Shown here: positions 29,915 to 39,974 of the stretch, piece after piece
Position numbering within the stretch: position 1 is the first letter of the stretch
How the letters are laid out: every line of letters starts with the position of its first letter
Virus record (IMG/VR): IMGVR_UViG_3300046804_004738
Coordinates: 1-64,000 of that record
Reading direction: 5' to 3' (one strand)
DNA length: 64,000 bases
From: a virus
Program-made: the position numbers and the translations under genes
Notes under the pieces: model-generated
Told to the model about the DNA's origin: nothing
What the model saw: the letters and a program-made list of their open reading frames with translations, nothing else
Database searches by the model: none

Positions 29915-30145
29915 ATGAATGAAAAAACAGTATTCTATCTTAAGTGGCTTGCAACTTTTGTAACAATTGTTGGGGCTGTCTGCACAAGCATTAATATGTA
30001 CCCATTGGGGCCAACACTGCTCAATTTGGGTGCATTTATTTGGCTGATTGTTGCTATTGCATGGCGTGAGTGGTCATTAATTATCATTAATGCAACACTT
30101 CTTATCATCTATACAGTGGGATTAGTTGTCAAATTGTTAACATAA
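29915..30145 (+). CDS. Small 3-TM membrane protein
   Basis: LKWLAT...YPLG...W...N hydrophobic pattern. Confidence 0.65.
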   Translation: MNEKTVFYLKWLATFVTIVGAVCTSINMYPLGPTLLNLGAFIWLIVAIAWREWSLIIINATLLIIYTVGLVVKLLT

Positions 30146-30211
30146 TTTTGGTTGACAATAAATCCGTTTGGAGATATAATGTATCTACAGTGATTGATAA
30201 GGAGTTATTAA
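30146..30211 (+). repeat. Promoter-leader-RBS repeat cassette
   Basis: ttttggTTGACAataaatccgtttggagaTATAAT...gatAAGGAG. Confidence 0.88.
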
Positions 30212-30412
30212 ATGTTTAACTTTTATATTGAATTTGCCGACGGTACTGCAAGAATTGAAACTAACTTGTCAAAAATACAAGCCAAAAGGCTTTACAATAA
30301 ATGCAACAAAAATCCAGAAGATAACGCCAAGTCTTGGGGCTGGGAAGAAAGTAACCCTTATAAACTGAGCCAGCAAATTCGTGCTAAAAAAGCAACAAAA
30401 TCTTTTGGTTGA
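30212..30412 (+). CDS. Early small protein flanked by two promoter cassettes
   Basis: ORF whose stop codon lies inside the next cassette's TTGACA. Confidence 0.65.
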   Translation: MFNFYIEFADGTARIETNLSKIQAKRLYNKCNKNPEDNAKSWGWEESNPYKLSQQIRAKKATKSFG

Positions 30413-30467
30413 CAATAAATCCATTTGGGCATATAATAACGGTATAGTCAATAACAAGGAGCAAGAA
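30403..30467 (+). repeat. Promoter-leader-RBS repeat cassette
   Basis: ttttggTTGACAataaatccatttgggcaTATAATaacggtatagtcaataacAAGGAG. Confidence 0.88.
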
Positions 30468-31150
30468 ATGAACGAACTACTCATCAACGAAACACCCTAC
30501 TACGGTATGTTTACTGAGCGCGGTAACCGAGTAGTTGACGGTATCGTAATCGCAGCAAAAGAACTAGGTTGGGATTTTGCTGAAGTTATGGATTTGTTGA
30601 ATGATATTGCAAAGGTAGAAGAATTTGCAGAGGCAAGTGATACTGCGGTTCGTGAATATACATATGAAGCAATTTTTGGTTACGGAGAATAATATGTCTA
30701 AATCTTTCGCATTTAAACCCAATACTAAAATTCGTGTTGTTAGTGGCAATGTTAGTTTCTATACTACTGCAAAACAAATCCGTGATGGCGTAGGTGGCTT
30801 TATTAATTTCAATCTTGCTACTATGGAAGCATTGCAGGCTTTTGAAAACTATCGCACAGGTGACGGTGTTGAAAGTTGCAGCACAGGTCTTGGTGGTACT
30901 TGGCATGGCGTACAAGTTCAATTGGATGTATTGTAAGGAGATGATTATGAAAGATTTGGCTAGTGCATTTTTTATGATTGTTGGTATTGTTGTTGTACTT
31001 GGACTACTCTTTAGTTATCCTGTAATGCTACTTTGGAATAATTGCTTTGTTCCTGCAGTAGAAGGCGTAAAAGAAATTGGATGGCTACAGGCTTGGGGTC
31101 TAATGATTCTATTTGGTATTTTGTTTAAATCTACGGTAACTAAAAAATGA
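30468..31150 (+). CDS. Three early small genes (30468-30692, 30694-30936, 30947-31150 membrane)
   Basis: Each has a GGAG RBS. Confidence 0.65.
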
Positions 31151-31536
31151 TTCAGGTTCCAGTTAAAGATAGTAAAGTAAAGGTCACTGTTCGTTATGAC
31201 ATGGGACCTCGTATGATTCCCCCTCAACCCGATAGTCATGTGTTTGAGGGTACCGTTGTTCCTAGCTACAAGTGGTTGAACGACCGTCAGTTTTGCATGA
31301 CCGGCGATGAGCAAATGAAAATTCGTGTTATTGATATGAGTTTGGTTCGTGATATTGAACTACTAACTGGCTCAATGAAAAATGTTGACACGGATGTAAA
31401 AGTATTTGAAGTGGCAGGTAGTAAAGGTAACAAGTACATTGTCACAAAAGATAACAAAGGTTGGACTTGTACTTGCCCAGGCTTTCAATTTCGCAAAGCA
31501 TGTAAGCATGTTTCAGAGTTAAGCGGGAATGAATAG
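31147..31536 (+). CDS. SWIM zinc-finger protein
   Basis: GSKGNKY-x-V...WTCTCPGFQFRKACKH. Confidence 0.8.
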   Translation: MIQVPVKDSKVKVTVRYDMGPRMIPPQPDSHVFEGTVVPSYKWLNDRQFCMTGDEQMKIRVIDMSLVRDIELLTGSMKNVDTDVKVFEVAGSKGNKYIVTKDNKGWTCTCPGFQFRKACKHVSELSGNE

Positions 31537-31768
31537 TAAACAAAGGCGCAAAGACAAAAGACTTTGGAAATATTCTGTAAAAATGACTTACAGAGATTAT
31601 GCCCATTACGAAGAAATGTGGGGTTGGTTAAAATCAAGATATGGTAGCAAAGTTTACAAATGCGGCTGGCGTGACAGGCATGCATGGTATCCAGCACAAG
31701 AGTACAATGTAGAGTGGCAATTTCTTGAAGAAAAGAGAATGGTTGAGTTTATGTTACGGTGGTTGTAA
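31529..31768 (+). CDS. Small protein, FxL[KR]W family
   Basis: MWGWLKSRYG ... WQFLEEKRMVEFMLRWL. Confidence 0.65.
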   Translation: MNSKQRRKDKRLWKYSVKMTYRDYAHYEEMWGWLKSRYGSKVYKCGWRDRHAWYPAQEYNVEWQFLEEKRMVEFMLRWL

Positions 31769-31789
31769 TAAATACAACTCTATCTAGTG

Positions 31790-31827
31790 CCAAAATATTT
31801 GACAAAAACTAGACAATCATTTACAAT
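31790..31827 (+). promoter_or_regulatory. Sigma70-type promoter with CCAAAAT box
   Basis: CCAAAAT-at-TTGACA-17bp-TACAAT. Confidence 0.7.
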
Positions 31828-31836
31828 AAAAACAAA

Positions 31837-32076
31837 GTGAAAAATCTACTTGAAAATTTACAAAAAATCCTGCCATTAGTGTTGCAGGTGTTTCAGAGTT
31901 TAGGTGCATTTGGGAAATTGCTACCTTACTTGTTTATTGCTGCTGCGATAGGCGGTGCAGGATATTTAATTTTTTTAAATTATAAAGACCCATACAAATG
32001 TGTTGATAATGAAATTTATGAGCAACTAAGATGGGATAGTAATGTGTATAAATTTAAGGGCGGTTACTGTGTATGA
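31837..32076 (+). CDS. Small membrane protein
   Basis: One TM; Cys pair. Confidence 0.55.
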   Translation: MKNLLENLQKILPLVLQVFQSLGAFGKLLPYLFIAAAIGGAGYLIFLNYKDPYKCVDNEIYEQLRWDSNVYKFKGGYCV

Positions 32077-32912
32077 AAATAGCAATTACAAGTGATGTGC
32101 ATTTAGAGTTCGGTGATTTGGACTTAACCAATGATGAAAACGCAGATGTATTAATCCTTGGCGGTGACATTTTTATTGCTGATGAACTAAGAGGCTTCAC
32201 TACTGATGAAGATGGTTTACTTGTCGCTGCAACATCAAGTGTCCGTGCAAGAGCAGAACGCTATGTAAATTTTGTAACACGTTGCTCCGAAAGCTTTAAA
32301 CATGTTATCCTAATTATGGGTAACCACGAACACTATCACGGAGATTTTGCACAAAGTGCAAATACGATCCGTGGTACATTTGGTGATTTACACAATGTCT
32401 ATTTCTTAGACAAAGAATGGCGTATCATTAATGGCGTTTTATTCTACGGTGGCACACTATGGACTGACATGAACGGTGAAAATGTTGACACAATGCACCG
32501 CATTCGTTTTATGATGAATGACTTTAATTGTGTTAAGAATACTACCGAAGATGGTAAAACGGTGTTCATGCCAGAGGATGCAGTAGAAGATCACTTTGCA
32601 TTTCGTCGTGGTCTTGACGATGTATTGGCATTACACCCAGACTTACCTGTTGTAGTAGTTGGTCATCATGCACCAAGCAAGGCAAGTACACATCCACGTT
32701 ATAAGAATGAAATTGTAATGAATGGTGCATATAGCAGCAGTTTAGACAATTACATCTTAGACCGTAGACAAATTAAACTTTGGACCCATGGTCACACTCA
32801 TGAGGATTTTGATTACATGATTGGTACTACTCGCATTGTATGTAACCCACGTGGTTATATTAATTACGAAGCAAAGGCTGATGATTTTAAACTTAAATAT
32901 GTGGAGGTTTAA
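32073..32912 (+). CDS. Calcineurin-like metallophosphoesterase
   Basis: SDVHLE, GGD, GNHEHY, GHHAP, HGHTH, CNPRGY. Confidence 0.92.
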   Translation: MKIAITSDVHLEFGDLDLTNDENADVLILGGDIFIADELRGFTTDEDGLLVAATSSVRARAERYVNFVTRCSESFKHVILIMGNHEHYHGDFAQSANTIRGTFGDLHNVYFLDKEWRIINGVLFYGGTLWTDMNGENVDTMHRIRFMMNDFNCVKNTTEDGKTVFMPEDAVEDHFAFRRGLDDVLALHPDLPVVVVGHHAPSKASTHPRYKNEIVMNGAYSSSLDNYILDRRQIKLWTHGHTHEDFDYMIGTTRIVCNPRGYINYEAKADDFKLKYVEV

Positions 32913-33080
32913 ATGAGTTTTGTTCTATATGTTTTTATGTTGGTAGGCAATGAGTATAATTGGATTCCAAATGGAGAATTTGAAAATGCTCTGTTATGTA
33001 CAATGGCTGGAAATGAACTTTATAGAAAAGAAAGGTTCAAATGTATACAGACTAGATTATAACTCTTATAGTGTATTAAA

Positions 33081-33118
33081 TTACTCAACTATTTGTTTTA
33101 AATAGTTGAGTAAAGGAG
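33081..33118 (+). promoter_or_regulatory. 14-bp inverted repeat overlapping a late promoter and abutting an RBS
   Basis: ttactcaactattt-gtttt-aaatagttgagtaa; TAAATA 33099-104; AGGAG 33114-18. Confidence 0.65.
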
Positions 33119-33131
33119 TTCAATACATAAA

Positions 33132-33353
33132 ATGTCTGATAATGATGAAATAAAAGCAAATTTAAAAAAATTCAAAAAGAAAGCAAAAATAACAGTTCCA
33201 GCAGATTTTTTAGACGGCGCAAAAAGTTATGATGATAAATTAGCTATAGTAAAAGTACTTACAGAAAAAGAAAAAGGTAGGGTAATGTTAATTATTAAAA
33301 AAATGATTGCAGCTGGAATGGAAGAATCCAAAAAGAAAAAAGGACTAAAATGA
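33132..33353 (+). CDS. Small basic hypothetical protein
   Basis: ORF track; RBS. Confidence 0.6.
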   Translation: MSDNDEIKANLKKFKKKAKITVPADFLDGAKSYDDKLAIVKVLTEKEKGRVMLIIKKMIAAGMEESKKKKGLK

Positions 33354-33898
33354 CTAAAGTTTTTCGTATTACACCTTTAGAGAAAAAAAATGTTGAAGTT
33401 TGTTTTGATGTTTTTGAGGAAACAGATGAAGGTACGATAAGGAGCTGGCATGTAGAAGAACTTTATAGATGGGGTTTAGGATTTAGGCATTTAGACAATC
33501 CTATTAGTGAATGGGAATTAAAAAGTAATGCTATTAATTGCGATACCGATGCTGGTTCTGGGGCAGAACTAGATGACCTAATAAATGTAAGTTTTAACTT
33601 TGATGCATCTTTTTCTGAAGAAGAAAAAAGAGAAATAGAAAATCTTTGGTATGAAGGTGGTGCAGGTTGGTTGTATGATGGTGAACATAATTGGCAAGTA
33701 GATTATGATTCTTTGGTTGTTTATGGGCCTGTCAAAATTGACCTAATTGATGATATTACTAATGAAATTTTTGAAGAAAATATTCAACCAACAAGTGAAG
33801 GCGCTCCAATGGACTGGCAAACCATTAGTGACCAAGAAGTAGCTGTTTGGCCCTTCCCTACACAAAAAAACTTTGGTGAAACTGATAAAAACAGTTAA
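33350..33898 (+). CDS. Acidic hypothetical protein (paralog of 1541-2056)
   Basis: P-x-x-KK, YRWG, C-terminal VWPFP. Confidence 0.7.
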   Translation: MTKVFRITPLEKKNVEVCFDVFEETDEGTIRSWHVEELYRWGLGFRHLDNPISEWELKSNAINCDTDAGSGAELDDLINVSFNFDASFSEEEKREIENLWYEGGAGWLYDGEHNWQVDYDSLVVYGPVKIDLIDDITNEIFEENIQPTSEGAPMDWQTISDQEVAVWPFPTQKNFGETDKNS

Positions 33899-33936
33899 CC
33901 AAAATCAGTTGCAACATCTGTAATCTGTGTTATAAT
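33898..33936 (+). promoter_or_regulatory. Sigma70-like promoter with CCAAAAT box
   Basis: ACCAAAAT-cag-TTGCAA-16bp-TATAAT with extended -10 TG. Confidence 0.6.
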
Positions 33937-33981
33937 GTTATTACGTTGAGCAATCAGCGACATTTTTTATAAGGAAAATAT

Positions 33982-34236
33982 ATGTTGAAAAGCAAACAAG
34001 AACGCCTCCTTGAGGCATTTCAAAAGGGTGAGCAAATGACAGCAGCGCAAATTAAACAGCGTTTTAGTATTGCAAACCCAACTGCAACAGTAAGTGACCT
34101 TCGCTACGAAGGCTTTGCTATCTATGCAAACAAGCATACTGACACCAAAGGTCGCACTACGACTAAGTATCGTTTAGGTAATCCTAGTCGTGAAATAGTT
34201 GCAGCGGGCTATCGTGCTTTAGCACTTGGCCTATAA
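33982..34236 (+). CDS. Winged helix-turn-helix DNA-binding protein
   Basis: MTAAQIKQRFSIANPTATVSDLR-x-x-GF-x-IY...YRLG. Confidence 0.75.
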   Translation: MLKSKQERLLEAFQKGEQMTAAQIKQRFSIANPTATVSDLRYEGFAIYANKHTDTKGRTTTKYRLGNPSREIVAAGYRALALGL

Positions 34237-34266
34237 AACGTTCAGCTAGTCACTGGCGCAGTTTTG

Positions 34267-34300
34267 GTAGCTCTGTTTAAAAGCTACCTTTTATTTTTTT
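34267..34300 (+). terminator. Intrinsic terminator
   Basis: ggtagct...agctacc followed by T run. Confidence 0.65.
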
Positions 34301-34306
34301 AGGCGT

Positions 34307-34807
34307 ATGAATATTTTTCACAAGTTAATGAATAAATTTGGTAGGTACAGATTGATCCCTGACCGTAAAACGGGAGCGGATTATATGCACCGTTATTACT
34401 TACTGTGTAAAAATAGAAGCTGGTTTCCATTTAACATTACGTTACATAAAATTGTAAGGAGTGATGATCCAATATTTCATGATCATCCATGGCCATACAT
34501 GACAGTTGTACTTAAAGGTGGATATTGGGAACATGTACCATTATACAATAATGACGGATCTATTTTTGGGGAAGTAGCAAAATGGCGAGGACCAGGCAGT
34601 ATAATTAAACGTAAGTCCACAGACATGCATTGGTTAGAATTAGATGCAGGTAAACCAGCTACAACACTTTTTTTCATGGGGAAACAAGAACGTGAATGGG
34701 GATTTCTTGTAAGAATACGTCAGTCTAAGACACGTTGGATTCACTATAAAACATATTTACAAGATTGGCAAAAGTATCATAACAAATACGTTGTAAATAA
34801 TAAATAA
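34307..34807 (+). CDS. Cupin-fold (HDHPW) protein
   Basis: LHKI-x-x-SD...HDHPW...GGYWE...HWLE...TLF...WGF. Confidence 0.65.
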   Translation: MNIFHKLMNKFGRYRLIPDRKTGADYMHRYYLLCKNRSWFPFNITLHKIVRSDDPIFHDHPWPYMTVVLKGGYWEHVPLYNNDGSIFGEVAKWRGPGSIIKRKSTDMHWLELDAGKPATTLFFMGKQEREWGFLVRIRQSKTRWIHYKTYLQDWQKYHNKYVVNNK

Positions 34808-34823
34808 TCAAAAGGGACATCAA

Positions 34824-35713
34824 ATGTTTGAGTTTTTTGTTTTTATTTTATTTGGTATGTTTATGTTTAATATGGGCAGGGCATATCAATTATTCGAAAC
34901 ACGAAAATTTGTTAGACGTATAGCAAATGAAAATGGTATAGATATAGAAAAAATACTCACGGCTCAACTAGAAGAAAAGGAAATAGTTCCAATTCATACA
35001 GAAACAATTGATGGAACGATCCTTTTATATAATGCAGATACAAATGAATTTTTAGGTCAAGCCCAAACACTTGATGAAGCGGCGCAAGTCTTTAATCAAC
35101 GAAGTAAAAATACTAACGCAGAAGTTGTTCACAATGAAAATAAGTTTTTCTTTGTAGACGGTAAACTAACTAAAACATTATGAAAGTACATATAGGTCCA
35201 TATCCTAGAGGTATGGGAGAACGCAAGGTAGATATAACCATCGACGGGTACGATACTTGGAGTATGTACAACAATTTAGCATTAATCATTTATCCAATGC
35301 TTGTGCAACTAAAAGAAACTAAACATGGTGTACCTGGTGACTTTGCAGAGGTTGGGGGTGACAATCACAGTAGTCAAGATAGCTTTGATTTTTACAAAGA
35401 TACAAATAGAGAATGTTTTGATGAATCATGCAAACGTTGGGATGAAATACTTGATAAAATGATTTGGAGTTTTGGTCAACTAATTGACGAAGATTATGAT
35501 GCAAAATATCATCATGGTGAGGCTAAATTTGAATTTGTTGATACTGAACCTATGTTAAATCCAATAACTAACAAGATGGAAGTCATGCACCAAATGGTAG
35601 ATATAAACCCAGATGATCATTGGTACGATCATGAAGGTCACATGGTTCATGAAGATAGAATTCAAGAAGGTATTAATTTATTTGCAAAATATTTTCGTAA
35701 TCTTTGGGACTGA
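34824..35713 (+). CDS. Two hypothetical genes (34824-35183 with N-terminal TM; 35180-35713)
   Basis: ORF track; DTWS...LALII-x-PML-x-QLK in the second. Confidence 0.65.
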
Positions 35714-35725
35714 TAGATACTCATT

Positions 35726-36577
35726 ATGGTTACACCTTTAAATTTTAATAGACATATCATGTTCAGTGACACAGCTGGGCATACAATTGACTTTGATAAA
35801 TCATTTGATTTTTTTAAAAAATGGGATGAGTATACATTAACAGTTGATTCTAATAAAGGCCCATTAACTTTGCGGTGGAAAAATTTACAGACACTGGCTG
35901 CTAACTGGTTTGTTCAAACAGGATCATTAACAGGTCAACCTGTATTACAAAATTTCTTTGAATTTTTTCCTATGTGGGTTAAATGGAACTGGTGGAATTT
36001 CAGCGAAAGAGGTATATACGATCTTCCTAATGATTCAGTTGTAATTGATATTGGAGCAGGAAATAGTGTTCTTGATTTGTTATTGTCGCAATACAATCCT
36101 ACTGCTAAGTTTATTTTAGTAGATAGAAATGAGTTTATAAACACAGAGGCGCAACCAAAATATCCTACTCCAGACAGTCCTTGCTGGCAGCATTCATGGA
36201 GTGTGGTGAATGATGCAATAGATGCATCAGGCATTGAGTCAAATAGATTTACTTTTTTGGATGTTGAAGATCCATGGAACGTTGAGGCTGATTTAATTAC
36301 ATCTCATTTAGCCTGGTGTATGCATTTTCCAAAAGAGGTTTACTGGGATAGAATGTTATCAAGTTTAAAAATTGGTGGCAGATTAGTACTAGATATTAAC
36401 ATAAGTTGGGAACAAGAATATTTGGATGAAATTAGTGATGCATTAAATTGCAGACATACAGTAATTACATCTTTTCCAAACAAACCTATACCTAATTCTC
36501 ATCTACCAGTCAACCAACCTAATAGAGATAAACTTAACGTTGCTGGTTACCGTTGTTCTTGGACAAGACATAAATGA
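35726..36577 (+). CDS. Class I SAM-dependent methyltransferase
   Basis: VIDIGAG, ILVD, DLITS...WCMHFP, LKIGG-x-L-x-LD. Confidence 0.8.
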   Translation: MVTPLNFNRHIMFSDTAGHTIDFDKSFDFFKKWDEYTLTVDSNKGPLTLRWKNLQTLAANWFVQTGSLTGQPVLQNFFEFFPMWVKWNWWNFSERGIYDLPNDSVVIDIGAGNSVLDLLLSQYNPTAKFILVDRNEFINTEAQPKYPTPDSPCWQHSWSVVNDAIDASGIESNRFTFLDVEDPWNVEADLITSHLAWCMHFPKEVYWDRMLSSLKIGGRLVLDINISWEQEYLDEISDALNCRHTVITSFPNKPIPNSHLPVNQPNRDKLNVAGYRCSWTRHK

Positions 36578-37698
36578 ATGACACCTTGTGTAAGTTTGCA
36601 TGGTCAGGAATTACAAGTACAATTATAAACACATTTCGACCTTGTTGTAGATTTCCACTTGATGATGATAACCAATATCCTACTACAGAACAAATTATTA
36701 ATACAGGTGAAGTAGCGTTTAACAACAATTTTCTTATTCAATTAAGAAAAGATATGTTAAACGGGATACCTAGAAACGAATGTAAAAAATGTTATGTAGA
36801 GGAACATTCTAATACAAAAAGTATGAGGCAAAAAGCTAATGAACTATTATTAGCGGAAGCTAAAGATGTTCGTTTTGAAAAATTAGAATTTCTCGAAATT
36901 AGTTTAGATAATATTTGTAATTTGGAGTGTAGAATGTGTTCAAGTAGATTCAGCACAAAACTTCAAATGAGAGATAGATATTTAAATGAAAATGGAATAA
37001 CTGGTTATTCACCAAATAACATCACACACAAAACTCTTGATTTAATGGATTCTCTTGATTTAAGTCACTTGAGAATGATAAAATTGTTGGGAGGAGAACC
37101 ATTAATTAGCCCTAACTTTTTTAAATTTTTAGACAAAATTCCTCAGCCTCAAAATGTAAATTTACTTATAATAACCAATGCTACAAGCATTCCGTCAAAG
37201 AAAACATTAGATAAACTAATGGACTTTAAATCAATAAGATTTGATTTTAGTATAGACGGCATTTACGGATATAATGATTATCAAAGAGTTGGTAGTAATT
37301 TTGAAACTATTATCGCAAACGTTTTAGAATTGTCAAAACTATCATCCGAAGAACACAGTGTACATTCAGTATATAGTTCACTTAATATATTAGGATTGGA
37401 TGCTAGCACGAAATGGTTTTATAATAATTTACCATTTAGAACCACTATTGATATTGTAAAAAACAATATACTTTCTCCATTTATAGCTCCAAAATGGTAT
37501 GTAGACGAAATTTTAAATCGTGTATCGGACACAAATCCCTACAGGAATTTTATTGTAAATATGTTTAATGAGTATCACACATTTGACGAAAACAAATGGA
37601 ATGAATTTTTAAAATTTGTGACTTTAACTGACCAAATGTATAAAACTGATATCAACAACATAAACCCAATTTTAGGAAAAGTTATACAAAATATTTAA
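36574..37698 (+). CDS. Radical SAM enzyme with N-terminal twitch/SPASM-like domain
   Basis: CKFAW..RPCC..ECKKCY-x-x-E; NICNLECRMC; GGEP; TNAT; SIDG. Confidence 0.88.
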   Translation: MNDTLCKFAWSGITSTIINTFRPCCRFPLDDDNQYPTTEQIINTGEVAFNNNFLIQLRKDMLNGIPRNECKKCYVEEHSNTKSMRQKANELLLAEAKDVRFEKLEFLEISLDNICNLECRMCSSRFSTKLQMRDRYLNENGITGYSPNNITHKTLDLMDSLDLSHLRMIKLLGGEPLISPNFFKFLDKIPQPQNVNLLIITNATSIPSKKTLDKLMDFKSIRFDFSIDGIYGYNDYQRVGSNFETIIANVLELSKLSSEEHSVHSVYSSLNILGLDASTKWFYNNLPFRTTIDIVKNNILSPFIAPKWYVDEILNRVSDTNPYRNFIVNMFNEYHTFDENKWNEFLKFVTLTDQMYKTDINNINPILGKVIQNI

Positions 37699-37724
37699 AT
37701 TATTTTTATGATTGATAGATACAT

Positions 37725-38177
37725 ATGAAAGAAAAATTTATAAATTTATACATGGATTGGGCTAAGAGGGTTGCTCAATTAAGTCACGCAAGACGTTTAC
37801 AAGTAGGAGCAGTTATAGTAAAAGACGATTGTGTAATCAGTTACGGGTACAATGGCATGCCAGCAGGTTGGGATAACAACTGTGAACATGAAATGAAATG
37901 GCCAAACGGTGAAATTAGATTTTTAGAAACAAAGTCGGAGGTATTACATGCTGAAAGTAACGCAATTTCAAAACTTGCAAAATCTTCTAATAGTGGGCTG
38001 GGTAGTACAATGTTTGTTACTCACAGTCCTTGTCTTGAGTGTGCCAAACTTATATATCAAAGTGGCATTACTAATATATATTATAATGCAGATTATAGAA
38101 ATAATGACGGTGTTGAATTTCTCAAAAAGTCAGGAGTAAATGTTGTTAGATCAATCGAATCAATTATACCAAACTAA
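37725..38177 (+). CDS. dCMP deaminase
   Basis: VGAVIV, GYNG, HAE-x-NAI, THSPCLECAK. Confidence 0.93.
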   Translation: MKEKFINLYMDWAKRVAQLSHARRLQVGAVIVKDDCVISYGYNGMPAGWDNNCEHEMKWPNGEIRFLETKSEVLHAESNAISKLAKSSNSGLGSTMFVTHSPCLECAKLIYQSGITNIYYNADYRNNDGVEFLKKSGVNVVRSIESIIPN

Positions 38178-38600
38178 AATAGAATTAGAATATGGTCAAC
38201 TTAGACCAGCTATGGATTGGTGTCACAGAAATTGCACTGACAAATGGTTTGTATCGGAATCAACTGACTATGTAGAACAATTCAATGGCAATTATAAATT
38301 TTTTTTTGAATCAGAGCGTGATTATATTAATTTTTTAGTTTGGAAAAAATGAGTTACATTATTTTTCGTCGTGAATCGGATAACTTTGATGACATAATTA
38401 AAGATCCATCACTCAAAAAGTGGTTAAAATTTAAAGTAAAATTTAAACAAGGCCTTATTATTAAAAGACCTTATAAGGATGAAATCATAAGTTACATAGA
38501 ATTAAAGTATGGAGAATCAATAGTTAATAATATTGTTCCTGACCGTACTCCTATTATTAACGTGGATTACTTACCAAAGGTTGACAAGAGAAACCGTTAA
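38140..38600 (+). CDS. Two small genes (38140-38352 FxL[KR]W family; 38349-38600)
   Basis: MDWCHRNC-x-x-x-W...FFFESERDYINF. Confidence 0.6.
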
Positions 38601-38687
38601 TTTGCATATCTGTCAAATAAGCAGGTAAATAATAATAAAACAATGCTGTTCTAACAAAAGATTCTACATATATATCAATTATCCAAT

Positions 38688-39586
38688 TCATATTCCTTCT
38701 CCTTCTTTAAGAAGAATCACAATATCTGTTCCAATTGCAAGAACACAAGATGTATCTCCGTGACTATCTAAAATAGTAAAAGTTTCAGTAGCTGGATTTC
38801 CCCATACACTAATTGTGCTTCTAACACTATTAAGATTTTTTCCTGCAAGTATGGGAATTTCTTTAAACTTTTCTTTAAGTTGTGATATAATTACTTCTGT
38901 TTTGTCACAAACTACTCTCACACCTCGAACATCTTCTGCGTGTGAACTTGTGGCAATTAGAGTTAATAACAACAAAATTTTTTTCATGGCTGTACCCAAT
39001 CTTTATAAAAATTATACATAATAGAAAATCCAACCAATAATAAAATTGCTATAACTCTAACTAGTGTGAATATTTCAAACAGTAAAACTATAGGTATGTA
39101 ATTTCCTAATTTTTTAATACAATTACACATATTGTATATATCAAAGAATTATAGGTATTCAATACATACTTTTTTGTAAACTGCATTTCTAGCAGTATTA
39201 GGAGTCATAAGTTCAGATTTAAATTCACCAATTTCATAACTTTCAGAATAAACAACTTTATTTTTTTCATTGGTAAACACATCACTAAAAAGATTCATAA
39301 CACGTAAGTCACAATCAAGCATACCATAATTGTATATTCTTTTTACAGAATATCCAAGTTCAGCATATTTAAGTCCATCAGGAGTTATGTACTCAACCAT
39401 CGTGTGAACCAAATACTGTTCAGGTCCAACTTTGAGTACACCACTTCTTATATAGAAATGATATACATCATTTTGATAAATTTTTTCATATTTTGAAATA
39501 TCTTCAATATAGTTCCCATTAGCCGTATCAGATGCACATAAGAAAGGTGTGAGGACCACTAATAAAACTGCAAGTAATTTTTTCAT
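38688..39586 (-). CDS. Two secreted/periplasmic proteins (38688-38999, 39149-39586)
   Basis: MKK-hydrophobic signal peptides; paired Cys. Confidence 0.6.
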
Positions 39587-39830
39587 AAATTTCCTTAATT
39601 TTTATCTTGAGTGGGCTGAGATAATTTGACTTGATCTTTATTAGGATTTATTGGGATAATGGGTGTGTGTGGACTTTTAGGATTAGTCTGTTTTTCTTCA
39701 GATTTTACATGAATCAGATTTGCTAAGGCCTGCTTCAATTTTCACTCCAAAATGGATATGTCCATTTGATAAATATAAAAGTATTTAAAGTTTTAAATTT
39801 ACCGATATAGCTACATATTAAGGAGATAAC

Positions 39831-39974
39831 ATGGCTAAGGCAAAAACTACTACAACTGCAAGAGCGCACACTAGTGTCGTTAAAACCACAAAACAAGGTG
39901 GCAAAATTAAGACAAGTAGCATGAACAAGGATGAACGCAAGTCATATAAAAAATACAGGGGTCAAGGTCGTTAG
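39831..39974 (+). CDS. Small basic protein ending YRGQGR (47 aa, not in ORF track)
   Basis: AAGGAG RBS; MAKAKTT...SSMNK...YKKYRGQGR. Confidence 0.7.
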   Translation: MAKAKTTTTARAHTSVVKTTKQGGKIKTSSMNKDERKSYKKYRGQGR

